Below, one piece after another: positions 30,864 through 41,517 of a stretch of 64,000 nt of DNA; position 1 is the first letter of the stretch; each line of letters starts with the position of its first letter. The position numbers and the translations under genes were made by a program. The stretch lies in assembly GCA_009918005.1 (NCBI GenBank), contig RGDC01000001.1:21899-85898 (forward strand), in the 5' to 3' direction. This DNA is from Actinomycetota bacterium (GTDB lineage: Bacteria; Actinomycetota; Actinomycetes; S36-B12; UBA5976). The notes beneath the pieces were generated by a model that saw nothing but the letters and a program-made list of their open reading frames with translations, was not told the origin of the DNA and made no database searches.

Positions 30864-31703
30864 CTAAAAAAGTATGGTTGCAAAAGTATCGACGTGTTCA
30901 AATCCAACACTTCGATATGTATTCAAGGCAACCTCGTTGAAATCGTTGACATACAACGAAACAACTGGGGCTGTGTCAGCCAAAATTAGTTTCACTACTG
31001 CAGCCATGGCAGGTACTGAAATTCCCTGGCCACGAAATTCTGGCTTAACCCAAACTCCTTGGATTTGTGCGACCCCGGCACCAACAGTTCCAACTTCCGC
31101 CTTGAATATAAGTTCGGATCCTACATATTTCACAAAAGAACGGCGCGCTGAAACCAATTCAGAAATTCGATTTCGATAGGCGCTTGCACCTCCGTTAGCT
31201 GTTGGGCTAATTCCAACCTCTTCAGTGAACATAGCTATGCAAGCTGGAAGCAAGTCATCCAAATCTGCCAAGTTTGAGTATCTAACCTCGTGGTCAATCG
31301 CTTTGCTTGAGTTAGTCCGGATCGCCATAACAGGCTGGCTAGCTCGAATTTCTCTGGCAGATCCCCAGTGATCCGAAACTTTGTTCCAAAGGTCCAGGAC
31401 TTCCTCAGCTGGGCCGACAATCGATGAACTGCGTCTACCCGCTCGATTAAGTGCTGTTGCAAACTCTTGACGAGCAATTAGTGAGGTGTTCACAGGAACA
31501 ATGTTTGCTCCCGTCATTAAAAGTGACTTGAGTTTTCCGTCATCAAAGTAACCAAGTAGATCTGGATAGCTTGGCCGAAATCTACTTTGCTTAGTTTGCT
31601 CGATACGTGCCGCAAGGAAACAATGACGAACTGGATCTTGCTCAATCAAAGTTTTAACTTGATCTATTGAATGCACATCAAGTGCACGAATTTCGTGTGC
31701 CAT
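30864..31703 (-). CDS. GNAT-family acetyltransferase (Rv2867c-like)
   Basis: C-terminal GNAT core ('VWVKPEFRGQGIS'). Lies directly downstream of ispG as in mycobacteria. Confidence 0.6.
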   Translation of the reverse strand: MAHEIRALDVHSIDQVKTLIEQDPVRHCFLAARIEQTKQSRFRPSYPDLLGYFDDGKLKSLLMTGANIVPVNTSLIARQEFATALNRAGRRSSSIVGPAEEVLDLWNKVSDHWGSAREIRASQPVMAIRTNSSKAIDHEVRYSNLADLDDLLPACIAMFTEEVGISPTANGGASAYRNRISELVSARRSFVKYVGSELIFKAEVGTVGAGVAQIQGVWVKPEFRGQGISVPAMAAVVKLILADTAPVVSLYVNDFNEVALNTYRSVGFEHVDTFATILF

Positions 31704-31714
31704 GCCAAATGTGG

Positions 31715-32893
31715 TTACGAAACAGAAACTATTGGTGCGCCTTCAGAATCCATACTCGCGGCTAGTTTCATCGCTTCTTCAATGAGTGTTTCCACAATTT
31801 GAGCTTCGGGCACGGTCTTAATTACTTCGCCCTTAACAAAAATCTGGCCTTTACCATTTCCGCTTGCGACACCGAGATCAGCTTCCCTGGCTTCACCTGG
31901 GCCATTGACTACACATCCCATAACGGCCACGCGTAGCGGTACTTCAAGTCCCTCCAAACCTGCCGTCACTTGCTCCGCCAAGGTGTAAACGTCAACTTGT
32001 GCGCGACCACAGGAAGGACAACTGACAATCTCTAGGCCACGCTGCTTTAAGTTGAGGGATTCTAAAATTTGATTTGCAACTTTAACTTCTTCAACTGGTG
32101 GCGCTGAAAGTGAAACTCGAATCGTGTCACCAATTCCATCGCCTAGAAGCGAACCGAAAGCAACGGCAGATTTGATGGTTCCTTGGAACAGTGGACCGGC
32201 CTCAGTAACTCCAAGGTGAAGTGGGTAATCCGATTGTGCTGCGAGTAAGCGATAGGCCTGCACCATAACAACTGGGTCATGATGCTTTACCGAAATTTTG
32301 ATGTCACCAAATCCATGTTCTTCGAATAGCGAAGCCTCCCAAAGTGCTGATTCAACTAAAGCCTCTGGGGTTGCTTTGCCGTACTTTTCTAGTAACCGTT
32401 TATCGAGCGATCCGGCATTAACTCCAATGCGAATCGGAATCCCAGCATCTCCTGCTGCCTTAGCGATTTCTTTAACTTTGTCGTCGAACTGTTTTATGTT
32501 GCCTGGATTAACTCGAACCCCAGCTACACCTGCATCGATGGCAGCAAAAACGTACTTTGGTTGAAAATGAATATCTGCAATTACTGGAATACTTGATTTC
32601 TTTGCGATCTGTGGCAACGCATCCGCATCATCTTGACTCGGCACAGCAACGCGGACAATTTGGCAGCCCGATGCAGTCAATTCCGCAATCTGCTGCAGCG
32701 TACTGTTCACATCTGCAGTAAGAGTTGTTGCCATTGACTGGATGCTGATTGGAGCATCGCCGCCAACCAAAATTGGATGGGTCGCATGCCGAAGGGTTAT
32801 CTGACGACTTTTTCGCCGTGGTGCCAAAACGGGAGGCGGTAGCGCTGGTAGGCCAAGATCAATCGTCATGTCTCTATTATCCGCCACTTTCAT
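31715..32893 (-). CDS. ispG: 4-hydroxy-3-methylbut-2-en-1-yl diphosphate synthase (flavodoxin)
   Basis: GcpE family with Fe-S Cys motifs '[14 protein letters not shown]' and '[12 protein letters not shown]'. Confidence 0.95.
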   Translation of the reverse strand: MKVADNRDMTIDLGLPALPPPVLAPRRKSRQITLRHATHPILVGGDAPISIQSMATTLTADVNSTLQQIAELTASGCQIVRVAVPSQDDADALPQIAKKSSIPVIADIHFQPKYVFAAIDAGVAGVRVNPGNIKQFDDKVKEIAKAAGDAGIPIRIGVNAGSLDKRLLEKYGKATPEALVESALWEASLFEEHGFGDIKISVKHHDPVVMVQAYRLLAAQSDYPLHLGVTEAGPLFQGTIKSAVAFGSLLGDGIGDTIRVSLSAPPVEEVKVANQILESLNLKQRGLEIVSCPSCGRAQVDVYTLAEQVTAGLEGLEVPLRVAVMGCVVNGPGEAREADLGVASGNGKGQIFVKGEVIKTVPEAQIVETLIEEAMKLAASMDSEGAPIVSVS

Positions 32894-32931
32894 TACATTT
32901 GCCTGACCAGGGTTAAACCTGATTTCTTTTG

Positions 32932-34242
32932 CTAGAAAGTCATCGGCTTAATAAAGTCAGCAAGAATGACGATTGCGGACATCGCGAGCAAAACTATGGA
33001 CATTGCGTATGCCACCGGCAGCATTTTCGCAGTATCGACTGGGCCTGGAAGTGGCTTGCGACGAATTCGAGCAATTTGCCTACGTGCACCTTCATAAAGT
33101 GCCCCAGCGATATGGCCGCCATCCAATGGCAGTACGGGAACCATGTTAAATACGAATAAAAACAGGTTTACCGATGCCAATAACGTAATGAGGTCACCAG
33201 CCTTATAGATGGCTGGAATTGCCTCACTGCTAGTTATCTGCCCGCTGATGCGCCCGATCCCAACCACGCTTACTGGACCTTCAGGATCTCTCGGGGCATC
33301 AGTAAATAACTCGCTAGCAAGGGCGAAAACTCTTGCCGGGAAATCAAGTAAAGCACCGACGCTTGTCGCAGTGATGGACACCATGAAGCCCGGAACCTCA
33401 GAAATTGGTGCCTGAACCAATTCGAAACTTGGCGATACTCCCAAGAAACCGCGGCTGGAGAATTCTCCTGTTGCTTCACCAGACTTGCTAAAAACTGGTG
33501 TCTCAATAGCGGCGACTTCGACAGATTTAGTTTTAGTTTCGCCAGTCTTAGTTAAGAATGTAACTTCAGCAACCTTCCCAGCTTTATCGCCAAGTGCAGC
33601 TCCGAGATCATCCCAAGTTGTGATTTCTTGCCCATTGACGGCCAATAATTTGTCCCCGGGAGCCAGGTTTATTTCAGCGGCTGGTGTGGTTACTCCCCCT
33701 TCACACTTTCCACTTGTAGATGCAATTCCATTTGGATTGGCGCTAGTCGGAACACAGGCCACAACTTCTCTGACTGTTGTTGTGACTTCCGGACGACCAA
33801 TTCCACTCAGTGAGATCGTGAACAAAATTGTCGCAATTACCAAGTTCATGAAAGGTCCACCAAACATGACAGTCAATTTCTTTGGAACGCTCAATCGATA
33901 AAACGTACGCGGTTCGTCTTCGGGTGCAATTTCCGAAAGTACTTCCTCTCGGGCGGACTCAATCATTAGGCCCATTCGACCTAGGTGCTCGCGATCTTGA
34001 ACTCCTTTTGGATTGGGTGGAAACATTCCGATCATGCGAATGTATCCACCAAGCGGAATTGCTTTGATTCCATATTCAGTTTCACCTTTTTTGCGAGACC
34101 AAATTGTTGGACCAAAGCCCACCATGTACTGCGGAACTTTGACCCCAAATTTCTTTGCCGGTGTCATGTGACCTAACTCGTGCAACGCAATCGATGCAAG
34201 TAAGCCAAATGCAAAAATCAATATTCCTAACAGGCTCAACAT
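32932..34242 (-). CDS. M50 site-2 protease (RseP/Rip1-like) with PDZ domain
   Basis: 'HELGHM' HExxH in TM1, a central PDZ-like region, and '[12 protein letters not shown]' (NxxPxxxLDG). dxr-rip1-ispG order. Confidence 0.85.
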   Translation of the reverse strand: MLSLLGILIFAFGLLASIALHELGHMTPAKKFGVKVPQYMVGFGPTIWSRKKGETEYGIKAIPLGGYIRMIGMFPPNPKGVQDREHLGRMGLMIESAREEVLSEIAPEDEPRTFYRLSVPKKLTVMFGGPFMNLVIATILFTISLSGIGRPEVTTTVREVVACVPTSANPNGIASTSGKCEGGVTTPAAEINLAPGDKLLAVNGQEITTWDDLGAALGDKAGKVAEVTFLTKTGETKTKSVEVAAIETPVFSKSGEATGEFSSRGFLGVSPSFELVQAPISEVPGFMVSITATSVGALLDFPARVFALASELFTDAPRDPEGPVSVVGIGRISGQITSSEAIPAIYKAGDLITLLASVNLFLFVFNMVPVLPLDGGHIAGALYEGARRQIARIRRKPLPGPVDTAKMLPVAYAMSIVLLAMSAIVILADFIKPMTF

Positions 34243-34251
34243 GTGGTTTTC

Positions 34252-35454
34252 CTATTTCTTGGAATCAAGTAATTCACGACCATAATGTTGTGCCCAATCT
34301 GCAGCCCTTAAAACTTCCTCTATTGTCAGGTCGTGGTCTGACACAAAATTAGTCTTTAAGTGAACGTGAAGTACTTCCGAAACAAAATCAACTATTTCCA
34401 AGAATGGCAGCTCACCTGCAAGGAAGGCTGCTACCGCAATTTCATTTGCGCCGTTTAGTACTGCAGGGGCTGTACCCGCCTGAGTTCCAGCAAACTTTGC
34501 AAGTTCAACCGCAGTGAAAACTTCACTGTCTAGTGGTTCAAAGGTCCAAGTGGTGGCTTGATTCCAATCACATCCAGCTGCCAAACCCGGAATCCGATTT
34601 GGCCATCCCAAACTGAGCGCGATAGGAAGTCTCATGTCCGGCGGACTTGCTTGGGCGATCGTTGATCCGTCAATGAATTCAACCATTGAATGGATGACGG
34701 ATTGTGGATGAACTACGACGTCTATGTTTTCGAAGGCGATATCGAACAACAGGTGAGCTTCAATAACTTCCAAACCTTTATTCATCATGGTGGCGGAATT
34801 TATGGTCACGACTGGACCCATATTCCAAGTTGGATGATTTAAAGCTTGCTCAGGTGTGACATTCTCTAGTTGCTCACGCTTCATCGATCTAAACGGACCA
34901 CCGCTTGCAGTTAATACCAAGCGTTTAACTTCACTTGCCTGACCTGACCTTAAACATTGTGCAATTGCAGAGTGCTCACTATCAACAGGAATAATTTGTC
35001 CTGGCTTAGCAAGTTTGGTAACTGCTCTGCCGCCTATGACTAATGACTCTTTATTCGCAAGAGCTAGTACTGAACCAGCAGACAGCGCAGCAACTGTTGG
35101 AAGTAACCCCACGGCTCCAGTTATTCCGTTGACAACCACATCTGCAGAGATGGCAGCGAGTTCAGCTGCTGCTTGGGGGCCAATTAACATTTTTGGAAGT
35201 GTGAAATTGCCCTCTGCGTACCCAGCTATTTTTGCCTGAGCGTAGATCGCTAACTGCACATCTTGAGCTGCAGTGGCACTGGCGATTGCTAAATACTCGA
35301 CATTGAATTCCAATGCTTGCTCCGCAAGCAAACTTGGATTACTTCCCCCAGCCGAAATTCCAAGTACCTTAAAATCTGAACTGCTTTGTCTTATTACATC
35401 TAAGGTTTGAGTTCCAATACTTCCAGTGGAACCCAAAACAATTACTGAACGCAT
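34252..35454 (-). CDS. dxr: 1-deoxy-D-xylulose-5-phosphate reductoisomerase
   Basis: 'VLGSTGSIGTQTLDV', 'LANKESLV', 'VDSEHSAI'. Confidence 0.95.
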   Translation of the reverse strand: MRSVIVLGSTGSIGTQTLDVIRQSSSDFKVLGISAGGSNPSLLAEQALEFNVEYLAIASATAAQDVQLAIYAQAKIAGYAEGNFTLPKMLIGPQAAAELAAISADVVVNGITGAVGLLPTVAALSAGSVLALANKESLVIGGRAVTKLAKPGQIIPVDSEHSAIAQCLRSGQASEVKRLVLTASGGPFRSMKREQLENVTPEQALNHPTWNMGPVVTINSATMMNKGLEVIEAHLLFDIAFENIDVVVHPQSVIHSMVEFIDGSTIAQASPPDMRLPIALSLGWPNRIPGLAAGCDWNQATTWTFEPLDSEVFTAVELAKFAGTQAGTAPAVLNGANEIAVAAFLAGELPFLEIVDFVSEVLHVHLKTNFVSDHDLTIEEVLRAADWAQHYGRELLDSKK

Positions 35455-35494
35455 AATTGATTCACGCTCGGTTAACTGAAATTCTTAGCATCAA

Positions 35495-36958
35495 CTAAAG
35501 CGCGAGATCACTAAGGACCAAAATGCGCTCATGCGTGAGATCGCGCATGGCATGCAGTAATCCTTCTTTTCCTACGCCAGATGCTTTAACTCCACCGTAC
35601 GGCATTTGATCTGACCGGAATGTTGGAACGTCACCAATTATGACGCCGCCAACTTCAAGTTCGGAATGCGCCAAGAATGCAGTTTGCAAATTGTGAGTGA
35701 ATACACCTGCCTGCAAACCAAACGGTGAGTCATTAACAATGTCGAAGCCTTCTTGGGTAGAGGAGATCGAATTCACTAGCATTACTGGCCCAAATACTTC
35801 ATTGCAGGAAACCTTGGCGTCAACCGGAACGTTGGCCAGCACAGTTGGCTCATAGTAGGAACCGTTGCGCTTGCCGCCGGTTAGTACCTTTGCTCCCGCT
35901 GCTACTGCTTCGTTAACCCATTCCTCAACTCGGATGGCTGCTGCTTCATTGATCATTGGACCAACAACAGTTTTTTCATCACGTGGATCACCATTCGGAA
36001 GCGAAGACACTGCACTAACAATTCGGTTCGTCATTTCTTCAAAGATCGAATTGTGGATTAGCACTCGTTGAACGGAGATACATGATTGACCAGCTTGATA
36101 GTTTGCAAAGGTAGCAATGCGCGAAGCCGCCCACGTCATGTCCTTTTCGCTATTCCAGTCTTCAAGAACAACCGCTGCTGCATTCCCACCAAGTTCCAGC
36201 GTGATGTGCTTACTTGGAACTGCCTTTTGGATTTCAAAACCAACTTTGTCTGAACCTGTGAACGAAACCACTGGTAAGCGCACATCTGCAACCAAAGCTG
36301 GTGCTGCTTCGTTACCCACCGGAAGTACTGACCAGGATCCAGCTGGCAAGTCCGTCTCAGCGAGAATCTCACCAAGAACCAATGCACTCAACGGCGTACT
36401 TGGGGCTGGCTTAACGACGATTGGTGCTCCTACGGCAATTGCTGGCGCAACTTTATGTGCGACCAAATTCATCGGGAAGTTAAACGGCGAAATTCCCAGC
36501 ACTGGACCATGTGGGAATCGACGAATGATCGCCATTCGTCCGGCAGTTGCAACTTCGGTGTCAAGCCTTTGTAGTTCGCCCGAAAATCTGCGCACTTCTT
36601 CGGCAGCCCAACGGAAAACTAATCCAGCTCTGCCGGCCTCGGCGCGTGCCCACATCAGCGGCTTGCCGTTCTCGTCCAAAATCAACTGAGCAATCTCTTC
36701 TGCTCGCTCTGTTAACCGCTTCGATACATGCATCAGCGCGTCAGCCCGCTGTGCTGCGGTGGTACGACGAGCTGCATGGCGAGATTCCCAGGCGGCAGCA
36801 ACAGCTTCCTCAACCTGCGCAGGATTAGGTACGTAGTACTGCCCAACGATTTTTCCATCACCAGGGTGAATTACGTCCGCGATTACATCGCTAGTGGCAG
36901 GCTTTCCGGCGATCCAAAATGGGTAAATAGCGCTCATATCCTCATAGGTTACGCCCAT
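35495..36958 (-). CDS. NAD(P)-dependent aldehyde dehydrogenase (succinate-semialdehyde dehydrogenase-like)
   Basis: Catalytic Glu 'LELGGNAA' and Cys 'GQSCISVQR'. Divergent from gabT. The track start is a TTG at 37012. The ATG at 36958 (MGVTYEDMSAIYPFWIAGK) gives a typical ALDH N-terminus. Substrate specificity is inferred only from the gabT neighbour. Confidence 0.8.
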   Translation of the reverse strand: MGVTYEDMSAIYPFWIAGKPATSDVIADVIHPGDGKIVGQYYVPNPAQVEEAVAAAWESRHAARRTTAAQRADALMHVSKRLTERAEEIAQLILDENGKPLMWARAEAGRAGLVFRWAAEEVRRFSGELQRLDTEVATAGRMAIIRRFPHGPVLGISPFNFPMNLVAHKVAPAIAVGAPIVVKPAPSTPLSALVLGEILAETDLPAGSWSVLPVGNEAAPALVADVRLPVVSFTGSDKVGFEIQKAVPSKHITLELGGNAAAVVLEDWNSEKDMTWAASRIATFANYQAGQSCISVQRVLIHNSIFEEMTNRIVSAVSSLPNGDPRDEKTVVGPMINEAAAIRVEEWVNEAVAAGAKVLTGGKRNGSYYEPTVLANVPVDAKVSCNEVFGPVMLVNSISSTQEGFDIVNDSPFGLQAGVFTHNLQTAFLAHSELEVGGVIIGDVPTFRSDQMPYGGVKASGVGKEGLLHAMRDLTHERILVLSDLAL

Positions 36959-37048
36959 ATCCGTTCTGCCACTAACTGTGGGTCTGGTCAGATTTGGATT
37001 TCTAAGGGCCAACTTGTAGGAACGCCTATCGGGTCTAACATTGTTTCT

Positions 37049-38401
37049 ATGACTGCTACAAATATCTCAGCCCCAGTAAATGGCATCGCCCAAGAGCGAA
37101 ATCTAGTTACATCCCTACCAGGACCAAAATCCTTGGCTATGCAAGCTCGTCGCACTAGTGCGGTTAGCGGCGGCGTAGGTGTAGCTCTTCCTATCTATAT
37201 AGATCGTGCCGCTGGTGGCATCGTTGTAGATATCGATGGTAACTCACTGATTGACATGGGTTCCGGTATCGCGGTCACTGGCGTTGGTAATGCTGCTGAA
37301 GATGTAGTAACCCGCGTACAGGAGCAGGTAGCAAAGTTTACGCACACTTGCTTTACAGTCACACACTACGAAGGTTATGTAGAAGTTTGTGAAGCATTAA
37401 ATCGTTTAACACCTGGCGATCACGAAAAGCGTTCTGCACTTTTCAACTCAGGAGCCGAAGCAGTAGAAAACGCAGTCAAAGTTGCCCGCTCCTACACAAA
37501 GCGTCAAATGGTTGTGGTTTTTGAACATGGATACCACGGTCGAACTAACTTAACCATGAGCATGACAGCCAAAAATATTCCATACAAGCAAGGCTTTGGT
37601 CCGTTTGCCCCAGAAATTTATCGGATGCCAATGTCGAACCCATCTCATGATGGATTAACTGGCGTGGAAGCTGCTGCCCATGCAATTAGCAAAATGAATA
37701 AGGAACTTGGGGCTGGCAACATTGCGGCAATTGTGATTGAACCAATCCAAGGTGAAGGCGGTTTCGTGGTTCCTGCCACTGGCTTCCTTCCTGAACTTGT
37801 TAAGTTCTCAAAGGACAATGGCATCGTATTTGTTGCCGACGAAGTTCAGACTGGCTTCTGCCGTACCGGACAGTGGTTCGCTTCTGAACATGAAGGCATC
37901 GTGCCAGACATGATCATCACTGCTAAAGGTATTGCTGGTGGACTTCCGCTAGCCGCTATTACTGGTCGCGCCGAAATTATGGACTCAGTCGAAGCTGGTG
38001 GCTTAGGTGGAACTTATGCCGGCAATCCGATTGCTTGTGCGGCGGCTCTTGGTTCTATTGCCGTCATGGAACGTGAAGATTTAAATGCAAAGGCCCAGCG
38101 CATCGAAGAGATCATGAAGCCTAGATTGCAAAAAATTGCGGAAGACACAGGAGTGATCTGCGACGTCCGTGGTCGAGGCGCAATGATTGCGGTGGAGATT
38201 GTCAAGAAGGGTTCAATGGAACCAGATCCTGATATGACGAACAAGGTTGCCAAAGCCTGTCATGCAAATGGCGTTCTAGTCCTGACTGCTGGTACTTACG
38301 GAAACGTACTTCGCTTCCTACCACCAATGGTTATGCCAGAGCACTTGCTTGAAGATGCGCTCACCATTATTGAGCAGCAATTCAAAGAAGCTACCGCCTA
38401 G
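37049..38401 (+). CDS. gabT: 4-aminobutyrate--2-oxoglutarate aminotransferase (class III PLP aminotransferase)
   Basis: From the ATG at 37049, 'MTATNISAPVNGIAQERNLVTSLPGPKS...GVGVALPIYIDRAAGGIVVDIDGN' parallels GabT N-termini. Also 'ADEVQTGFCRTG' and the PLP-Lys region 'IITAKGIAGG'. The 36728 start in the track overlaps the ALDH gene and is rejected. Confidence 0.85.
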   Translation: MTATNISAPVNGIAQERNLVTSLPGPKSLAMQARRTSAVSGGVGVALPIYIDRAAGGIVVDIDGNSLIDMGSGIAVTGVGNAAEDVVTRVQEQVAKFTHTCFTVTHYEGYVEVCEALNRLTPGDHEKRSALFNSGAEAVENAVKVARSYTKRQMVVVFEHGYHGRTNLTMSMTAKNIPYKQGFGPFAPEIYRMPMSNPSHDGLTGVEAAAHAISKMNKELGAGNIAAIVIEPIQGEGGFVVPATGFLPELVKFSKDNGIVFVADEVQTGFCRTGQWFASEHEGIVPDMIITAKGIAGGLPLAAITGRAEIMDSVEAGGLGGTYAGNPIACAAALGSIAVMEREDLNAKAQRIEEIMKPRLQKIAEDTGVICDVRGRGAMIAVEIVKKGSMEPDPDMTNKVAKACHANGVLVLTAGTYGNVLRFLPPMVMPEHLLEDALTIIEQQFKEATA

Positions 38402-38428
38402 GCAACTTCGGCTTAGGTTAATTCGTAC

Positions 38429-38941
38429 ATGACTCAGCAAACTGAGCATGCCTCAGTAAAGCGAGTTCGCACTGCACTCGAGACTCATGGAGTCGAAACC
38501 GAGATCAGACACCTTGCTGATACGGCGAGGACTGCAATTGACGCCGCCAATGTTCTCGATGTAGAAGTTGGACAAATTGCCTCGTCGATCGTTTTCAAAA
38601 TCGACACTGAACATGGCGAACGGCCACTGTTGGTAGTTACGTCCGGCAGACATCGCGTTGATACTGAATTGGTCGCATCTGCTCTGGAAGTTCCTAAGCT
38701 AGGTCGCGCCGATGCTGACTTCGTTCGATTGTGGAGTGGATTTGCAATCGGTGGTGTCTCCCCTGTCGGATGGATACACGAAGGTAGAGTATTCCAACCA
38801 CAAACAATTGTTGACCTTGCGCTAAAGGACTACGAAGTTGTGTGGGGTGCTTGTGGGCATACCCATGTAGTTTGCCGCCTTGACTATGAATCGTTACTCA
38901 AGATCACTGGTGGAACCGCACTCGTCGTCGCAGCAGACTAA
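38429..38941 (+). CDS. YbaK/ProX/EbsC-type aminoacyl-tRNA editing (deacylase) domain protein
   Basis: 170 aa with 'GFAIGGVSPVGW' and the overall YbaK-like pattern. Confidence 0.7.
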   Translation: MTQQTEHASVKRVRTALETHGVETEIRHLADTARTAIDAANVLDVEVGQIASSIVFKIDTEHGERPLLVVTSGRHRVDTELVASALEVPKLGRADADFVRLWSGFAIGGVSPVGWIHEGRVFQPQTIVDLALKDYEVVWGACGHTHVVCRLDYESLLKITGGTALVVAAD

Positions 38942-38951
38942 AGTCTTAACT

Positions 38952-39662
38952 GTGTTTGTCCGCCTAGATATAACGAGAGTGCGAACTCGTCATGTTCTAA
39001 TTGCCTTGACGTTAATGGCGCGCCAAAGGCTTGCAATGCGCAAACTTCCCGGACTTACTTTCTACAAATTAATGGGTACCGGTTCGGGCAAGACCTTCAC
39101 AGTTCGAGACGCTGACATTCATCACTGGTGTGTTTTGTCAGTCTGGAAAACACATGAGGAATCACTGGAGTACTTAACAAGTAAGCCTGCTAGGCAGTGG
39201 GTAAAGATTGCTGCCGCGCAAGCACACATCGAACTAGAACCGCTATCCGCCAAAGGCACCTGGGCAAAGCAAGCACCATTTGGAAACCCGGTTCCTGAAA
39301 AATGGGATGGACTTACCGCTGCCCTAACCCGAGCTTCAATCAAACCTCGATGGTGGCGGGAATTCTGGCGCAGCGTGCCACCAGTTTCAACAGATTTGAA
39401 TTCAACTGCCGGATTAATTACCAGTTTGGGTATTGGTGAAGCGCCAATCGGGTTGCAAGGAACATTTAGTATCTGGGAATCAAATGAAAGCATTACCGCA
39501 TTTTCAAGTAAGCAAAAACCTCATGCGGCCGTGATAGCACGTACTCATGAAACCGGATGGTATTCCGAAGAACTGTTTGCCAGATTTAAAGTCACCAAAC
39601 TTTCTGGAAGCTTTGCTGGGCTCGATTTTTCTACCTTGGAAAAGCGAAGTTCAAATGACTGA
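38952..39662 (+). CDS. CrtA-like (spheroidene monooxygenase family) carotenoid oxygenase
   Basis: 'VFVRLDI...LPGLTFYKLMGTGSGKTFT..HHWCVLSVW' and the C-terminal 'HETGWYSEELFARFKV' match my recollection of CrtA-family proteins. First gene of the overlapping tailoring operon. Start is uncertain: GTG 38952 is chosen because it lies 10 nt after the ybaK stop, while in-frame TTG 38880, ATG 38886 and GTG 38910 would overlap ybaK. Confidence 0.5.
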   Translation: MFVRLDITRVRTRHVLIALTLMARQRLAMRKLPGLTFYKLMGTGSGKTFTVRDADIHHWCVLSVWKTHEESLEYLTSKPARQWVKIAAAQAHIELEPLSAKGTWAKQAPFGNPVPEKWDGLTAALTRASIKPRWWREFWRSVPPVSTDLNSTAGLITSLGIGEAPIGLQGTFSIWESNESITAFSSKQKPHAAVIARTHETGWYSEELFARFKVTKLSGSFAGLDFSTLEKRSSND

Positions 39663-40437
39663 AGTTGAACATTCTAAAAATCAGCTCCTACTAGTTTCGA
39701 TAGTTGCAGCCGGCATTACCGTACTGGCTCAAATTGCGTGGGCGCTCACTTCGGATGGCCTGCGCGATGCCACAACCATCATTGGGGTTTTAGCCTTTGC
39801 TACAGCTTCGGGTTTTCATGCCTACGCGGCCTTTGGTCGCGAATTTCTAGTCAAGTTCCTATTCATCGCGCTGCTACTGACGTTTGGCATCGAAGTGCTT
39901 GGAGTTACCACGGGCTTACCGTTTGGTACCTATGAATACGATCCAGAGCGCCTTGGGTTATCAGTGCTTGGAGTTCCGCTGTTGATTCCATTCGCGTGGT
40001 TCATGATGCTTTATCCTTCGTGGCTGATTTCGCGAGATCTGGTTAAGTCTAGATTTCTCGCGATACCTGCGTCTGCACTGCTGATGTCGACTTGGGATCT
40101 GTATCTGGATCCGCAAATGGTAAACGAAGGGTATTGGACTTGGTTTAACGATGGACATGCAACTAAAGACATCCCGTTAACTAATTTCTTTGGCTGGTTC
40201 GTTTCCACAGCCACAATTTTCATTCTACTTTCGCTTTTCTTGAAACCAACTCAATCGGAAGTTTCCAACAAAACTCCTTATGCGCTTGTGTATTGGGTTT
40301 GGTTAGGAAGCTTCTTGGTCAACATAGTTCCGGTTTCACCATTCTTTAATCAGCCAACGGTCGCGATTACTGGATTTGTTGGTATGGGCATCGTGCTAAT
40401 CCCCTGGTCTTGGATGCTATGGCAACGACGTTATTAA
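39655..40437 (+). CDS. cruF: Carotenoid biosynthesis membrane protein, CruF-like (carotenoid 1',2'-hydratase family, PF04240-type)
   Basis: 'GLPFGTYEYD', 'STWDLYLDPQMVNEGYWTW' and 'IPLTNFFGWF' within a polytopic protein. The ATG at 39655 overlaps the upstream TGA (39660..39662). The track start at 39547 would overlap the upstream gene by 116 nt. Confidence 0.6.
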   Translation: MTEVEHSKNQLLLVSIVAAGITVLAQIAWALTSDGLRDATTIIGVLAFATASGFHAYAAFGREFLVKFLFIALLLTFGIEVLGVTTGLPFGTYEYDPERLGLSVLGVPLLIPFAWFMMLYPSWLISRDLVKSRFLAIPASALLMSTWDLYLDPQMVNEGYWTWFNDGHATKDIPLTNFFGWFVSTATIFILLSLFLKPTQSEVSNKTPYALVYWVWLGSFLVNIVPVSPFFNQPTVAITGFVGMGIVLIPWSWMLWQRRY

Positions 40438-41513
40438 CAATTTCAGTAGCGCTTTCGTTGCTACTTTCGCTCAACTTATTTTTCAATTATTTTTTCTTGA
40501 TTAGACCTGAACCGAGTCAGGTAACTGAGAGAGTCGCGATTCTGATTCCAGCACGAAATGAAGAGAATTCAATATCTTTTGCGGTCCAAAGTGCCTTGAA
40601 CCAAGAGTTGCTAACTGATTTTGAAGTTATTGTTTTAGACGATGCCTCAACAGATGCCACATCTGAAAAGTTGCTGGCCTTTTACGACTCGAGATTGAAA
40701 GTCATAACTGGTGCTCCGGAATTACCACAAGGGTGGCTTGGTAAAGCTTGGGCTTGTCATCGACTTTCGGAAAGTGTTGATGTTGATTTCTTGGTATTTA
40801 TTGACAGTGACGTGACTCTGGCGCCTAACGCAGTAGCTAGTGCGATTACTGCGCTCAAGAAATATCAGTTACATCTTGTCAGTCCATATCCTCGACAAAT
40901 TGCTCCCACGTTGTTGGCAAGAATTGTCCAGCCGTTATTGCAATGGTCTTGGCTTGCCACCGTCCCACTTCGAGCAACTCGGTCATCACGAAGAGAAAGT
41001 CTGGCTGTCGCTAATGGCCAATTTTTAGTTTGTCGAAAAGATTCTTACTTAATCAGTGGCGGACACCAAGCCATTAAGGGTGAAATACTTGACGACATCG
41101 AATTGCTGAGGTCTTTCTATCGAAGCGGATTCTCTGGATGCGTAATTGATGGATCCCAGATTGCAACCTGCAAAATGTATGAAACCAATCAAGCCTTGAT
41201 CTCCGGTTACTCAAAGAGTCTCTGGAATGCTTTTGGTGGCGCGATTGGCTCTTTGGGAGTAACCGGATTTTTCTTGTTTGTCTATGTTTACCCACTTACT
41301 GGATTTTTCACAGGGCACGAATTGTTAGCCGCTTTAAGTCTGCTTCTTGGAACTATCGGCCGACTGATTTCTGCAAGTGCTACGAAAAGTAAGTTGATTC
41401 CTGATGCTTTGCTGCATCCCTTGTCTGTTTTAGCATTTACGTTTCTCAATGTTGTTTCATGGTGGCGACACCTAGCGGGAACGAACACTTGGAAATCAAG
41501 GGACCTAAAGTAG
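40419..41513 (+). CDS. Family-2 glycosyltransferase (carotenoid glycosyltransferase candidate, CruC/CrtQ-like)
   Basis: GT2 motifs 'VAILIPARNEENSI' and 'EVIVLDDASTDAT', 'FIDSDV', with C-terminal TM segments. The ATG at 40419 (or TTG at 40410) overlaps the cruF-like 3' end. Confidence 0.7.
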   Translation: MATTLLTISVALSLLLSLNLFFNYFFLIRPEPSQVTERVAILIPARNEENSISFAVQSALNQELLTDFEVIVLDDASTDATSEKLLAFYDSRLKVITGAPELPQGWLGKAWACHRLSESVDVDFLVFIDSDVTLAPNAVASAITALKKYQLHLVSPYPRQIAPTLLARIVQPLLQWSWLATVPLRATRSSRRESLAVANGQFLVCRKDSYLISGGHQAIKGEILDDIELLRSFYRSGFSGCVIDGSQIATCKMYETNQALISGYSKSLWNAFGGAIGSLGVTGFFLFVYVYPLTGFFTGHELLAALSLLLGTIGRLISASATKSKLIPDALLHPLSVLAFTFLNVVSWWRHLAGTNTWKSRDLK

Positions 41514-41517
41514 GGCT

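Noticed and set aside
36117-36689. 190-aa plus-strand ORF inside the aldehyde dehydrogenase gene
   Set aside because: It is an antisense shadow ORF with Ser/Thr/Ala-rich low-complexity composition. The minus-strand frame carries clear ALDH catalytic motifs.
36728-37048. 5' extension of the gabT ORF (track start 36728, 557 aa)
   Set aside because: The extension overlaps the aldehyde dehydrogenase gene on the opposite strand and has no aminotransferase similarity. Homology-consistent GabT sequence begins at the ATG at 37049.
39547-39654. Upstream extension of the CruF-like ORF, and similarly 38880..38951 for the CrtA-like ORF
   Set aside because: The extensions would overlap the preceding genes by 116 nt and 62 nt, and they lack family-like sequence. 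Starts at 39655 and 38952 give compact operon junctions, though the 38952 choice remains uncertain.
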